From: a virus
Taxonomy: Duplodnaviria; Caudoviricetes
Direction: 5' to 3' (one strand)
Length of the DNA stretch: 64,000 nt
Virus record (IMG/VR): IMGVR_UViG_3300032295_003787
Location: 387-64,386 of that record
Shown: positions 62,502-64,000 of the stretch, piece after piece
How positions within the stretch are numbered: position 1 is the first letter of the stretch
Layout: each line of letters starts with the position of its first letter
The notes under the pieces: generated by a model
Told to the model about the DNA's origin: nothing
Database searches by the model: none
Seen by the model: the letters and a program-made list of their open reading frames with translations, nothing else
Program-made: the position numbers and the translations under genes

Positions 62502-63431
62502 TTAAGAAACTTCTACCGGATGTCCATCGACGTGGTCTTCCATGCGGTATTCGCAAGAAGTGCACAGCGGACCCGACTTAAGGTCTTCGGCTGTCAGCTT
62601 TTCAGTTGCGCCCCATCCCCATTTACATTTTTTCTCGGGATGGCCAGCAGCTCGAACCACATCTTCGAGTTCACGAATTTCTTTAGCGACCTCAGGGAAA
62701 AACATTTCAATCTCTGCAAGTTCGTCTTTGTGCGCAAATGCACCGCATAAACATTCGCCCGACATGTGAATCAGGTCAGAGACGCGGTTGCGAGGGACAT
62801 CGCCAGCCCAATCACGGTACGTGTACAGGTCTGTTTTGGTCCAGTTTACGAGTGGTGACACCCAAACGATTGAGCCCGTGCGGTTTAATTCCGGAACGTT
62901 TGCTCGGCGCGCAGACTCCGTCCGACGTCGGCCTGCAAGAAAAACTACACGTTCTTGACGTGGCTTCTTCACGATTTCACGACGTGCCTGGTGAAGTGCA
63001 CGTTCTTTTAGGCGCTGATACATCTTGAAATGAAATCCGGGTCCTGGAAAGCCGCTTTGAACGATTAATTCTTTGTAGGTCGACCCTGCAGGAGGAAAAT
63101 ATTCACGGAGCTCGAGGTTCCACTCCGCACAGGTGTCTCGAACGAACTGCCGAGTCTCTTCTATACCTATGGTGGTATTGGCATGTATGGCGAAGTCCGC
63201 ACGGTCACGGAAAAGATGGGCTAGACATGTCGAATCATTTCCACCGGAGTAAAGGATTGCGGTGCCTGCGAGGCGTCGATTGTCGTTGGTTACCATCTCG
63301 TGGATGCCCCAATCAAGCAATTGATGTGACTCCGCAATGAGCTCGTGCATTCGTGCGATGCGTTCTTCGTGATTTAGCTCTTGGACCATGGCTTCAGGCA
63401 TGGCGAGTCGTGTTAGGTCGGGCTGTTCCAT
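62502..63431 (-). CDS. PAPS reductase-family (PP-loop) protein
   Basis: YSGGNDS PP-loop, NTTIG, GFPGP, LKER, GRRRTESARRA, SPL.NW and SGECLCG. Confidence 0.85.
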   Translation of the reverse strand: MEQPDLTRLAMPEAMVQELNHEERIARMHELIAESHQLLDWGIHEMVTNDNRRLAGTAILYSGGNDSTCLAHLFRDRADFAIHANTTIGIEETRQFVRDTCAEWNLELREYFPPAGSTYKELIVQSGFPGPGFHFKMYQRLKERALHQARREIVKKPRQERVVFLAGRRRTESARRANVPELNRTGSIVWVSPLVNWTKTDLYTYRDWAGDVPRNRVSDLIHMSGECLCGAFAHKDELAEIEMFFPEVAKEIRELEDVVRAAGHPEKKCKWGWGATEKLTAEDLKSGPLCTSCEYRMEDHVDGHPVEVS

Positions 63432-63613
63432 ATGGTTCTCCAATGACAATCTGCGTTTGAACAATACCACGACGACCGAAACAAAAAAACATCACTGACG
63501 TTGTGTTTTTATTTTCACACAGCTACGCTGCAAGCATGAAAAATTCAAATCCCGGTAAGGTGGCAATGCCATGAATCATATCCTTGGTGTTTTCTTTGTG
63601 ATTGGAGTACTTG

Positions 63614-63820
63614 ATGCAATCTTTGGATAGTCAGAAAAAACCTCTTGTTGGTCGCAGGGTCTGCCTTGTGAAGACAACAGACGAATACACAAACCTCGTT
63701 CCAGGAGCGGAGGGCACAGTCATCTTCGTTGACGACCTCAAGACGGTCTTCGTCCACTGGGATGACGGTTCAAGCCTCGGATTGATTCCCGGTGAAGACA
63801 ATTGGACGTATCTGAGTTAA
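63614..63820 (+). CDS. DUF4314 domain protein
   Basis: VGRRV.LV...D.YT.L.PG..GTV.FVDD..TV.V.WDDGSSLGLIPGED. Confidence 0.8.
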   Translation: MQSLDSQKKPLVGRRVCLVKTTDEYTNLVPGAEGTVIFVDDLKTVFVHWDDGSSLGLIPGEDNWTYLS

Positions 63821-63839
63821 TTGTCTGCCCGTAGAGGCG

Positions 63840-63883
63840 CTCTTCCGCCACCGTCAATTGTTTGCTGTGAACCTGGCGGGGCT
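63840..63883 (+). repeat. Box A-B element copy 9
   Basis: CTCTTCCGCCACCGTCA, 18 nt, GGCGGGGCT. Confidence 0.9.
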
Positions 63884-64000
63884 GTCACCCCCATCTCTCT
63901 GCGTAACGCGTTGCTCCTCGAGCCGATGAAGACTGGGTCAGTGCGACCAAAACAGGGAAATTTTTCACGACCTGGAAAGTCTCGTTTTTGACAACTTCTG

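Noticed and set aside
59016-62565. Many 60-230 aa ORF-track calls in the motif-rich region (e.g. 61718..62416, 60031..60429, 59107..59406)
   Set aside because: They translate GC blocks and homopolymer tracts, lack RBS and overlap on both strands; treated as non-coding.
51205-63883. Box A/B elements as a CRISPR or TIGR-like guide array
   Set aside because: Copies are 0.6-4 kb apart rather than tandem, the spacers are low-complexity and T-rich, box B flips orientation, and no Cas or Nop-domain gene is visible.
51205-63883. Box A as a family of MTVAEE micro-peptide starts on the minus strand
   Set aside because: Two copies lack a start codon, downstream frames are unrelated, only copy 8 has an RBS, and third codon positions are invariant, implying DNA-level conservation.

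Overview
Fragment of a large contractile-tailed (myovirus-type) dsDNA phage genome; the WhiB gene and leaderless TANNNT-ATG starts point to an Actinomycetota host (inference). Bases 1-43.5 kb are one + strand late operon. It runs through neck, sheath, tube, a frameshifted tail chaperone, tape measure with a C-terminal LAS/M15-like peptidase motif and the baseplate. It then carries a large set of fibre/adhesin genes, including a 2000-aa collagen-like fibre and a Gly-rich protein with a 24-His insert. Modifying enzymes are interleaved among them (2OG-Fe(II) oxygenase, flavin-dependent halogenase, GNAT, GT4 glycosyltransferase), followed by lysis genes. Bases 43.5-64 kb are a mixed-strand early/accessory region. 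It encodes a metallophosphoesterase, an HslV-like Ntn hydrolase, WhiB, a macrodomain, a split overlapping-frame C5 methyltransferase, a helicase loader plus a short initiator-like protein, DUF1599, MoxR/vWA, a PAPS-reductase family protein and DUF4314. The most unusual signal is non-coding. From 51.2 kb to the window end, the intergenic DNA is built from several motif families with fixed spacings. These are nine same-strand copies of a 17-mer (CTCTTCCGCCACCGTCA), each followed 18-19 nt later by a GGCGGGGCT box in either orientation, AGCCCCG-N18-CGGGGCT inverted pairs, a GGTCGCACGGCCG box, and three copies of a ~95-bp bipartite repeat. The 17-mer orientation ignores gene direction and several of the genes have their own sigma-A-like promoters, so this looks like an undescribed polar DNA signal system. 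All family assignments are from motif recognition by eye; no searches were run.
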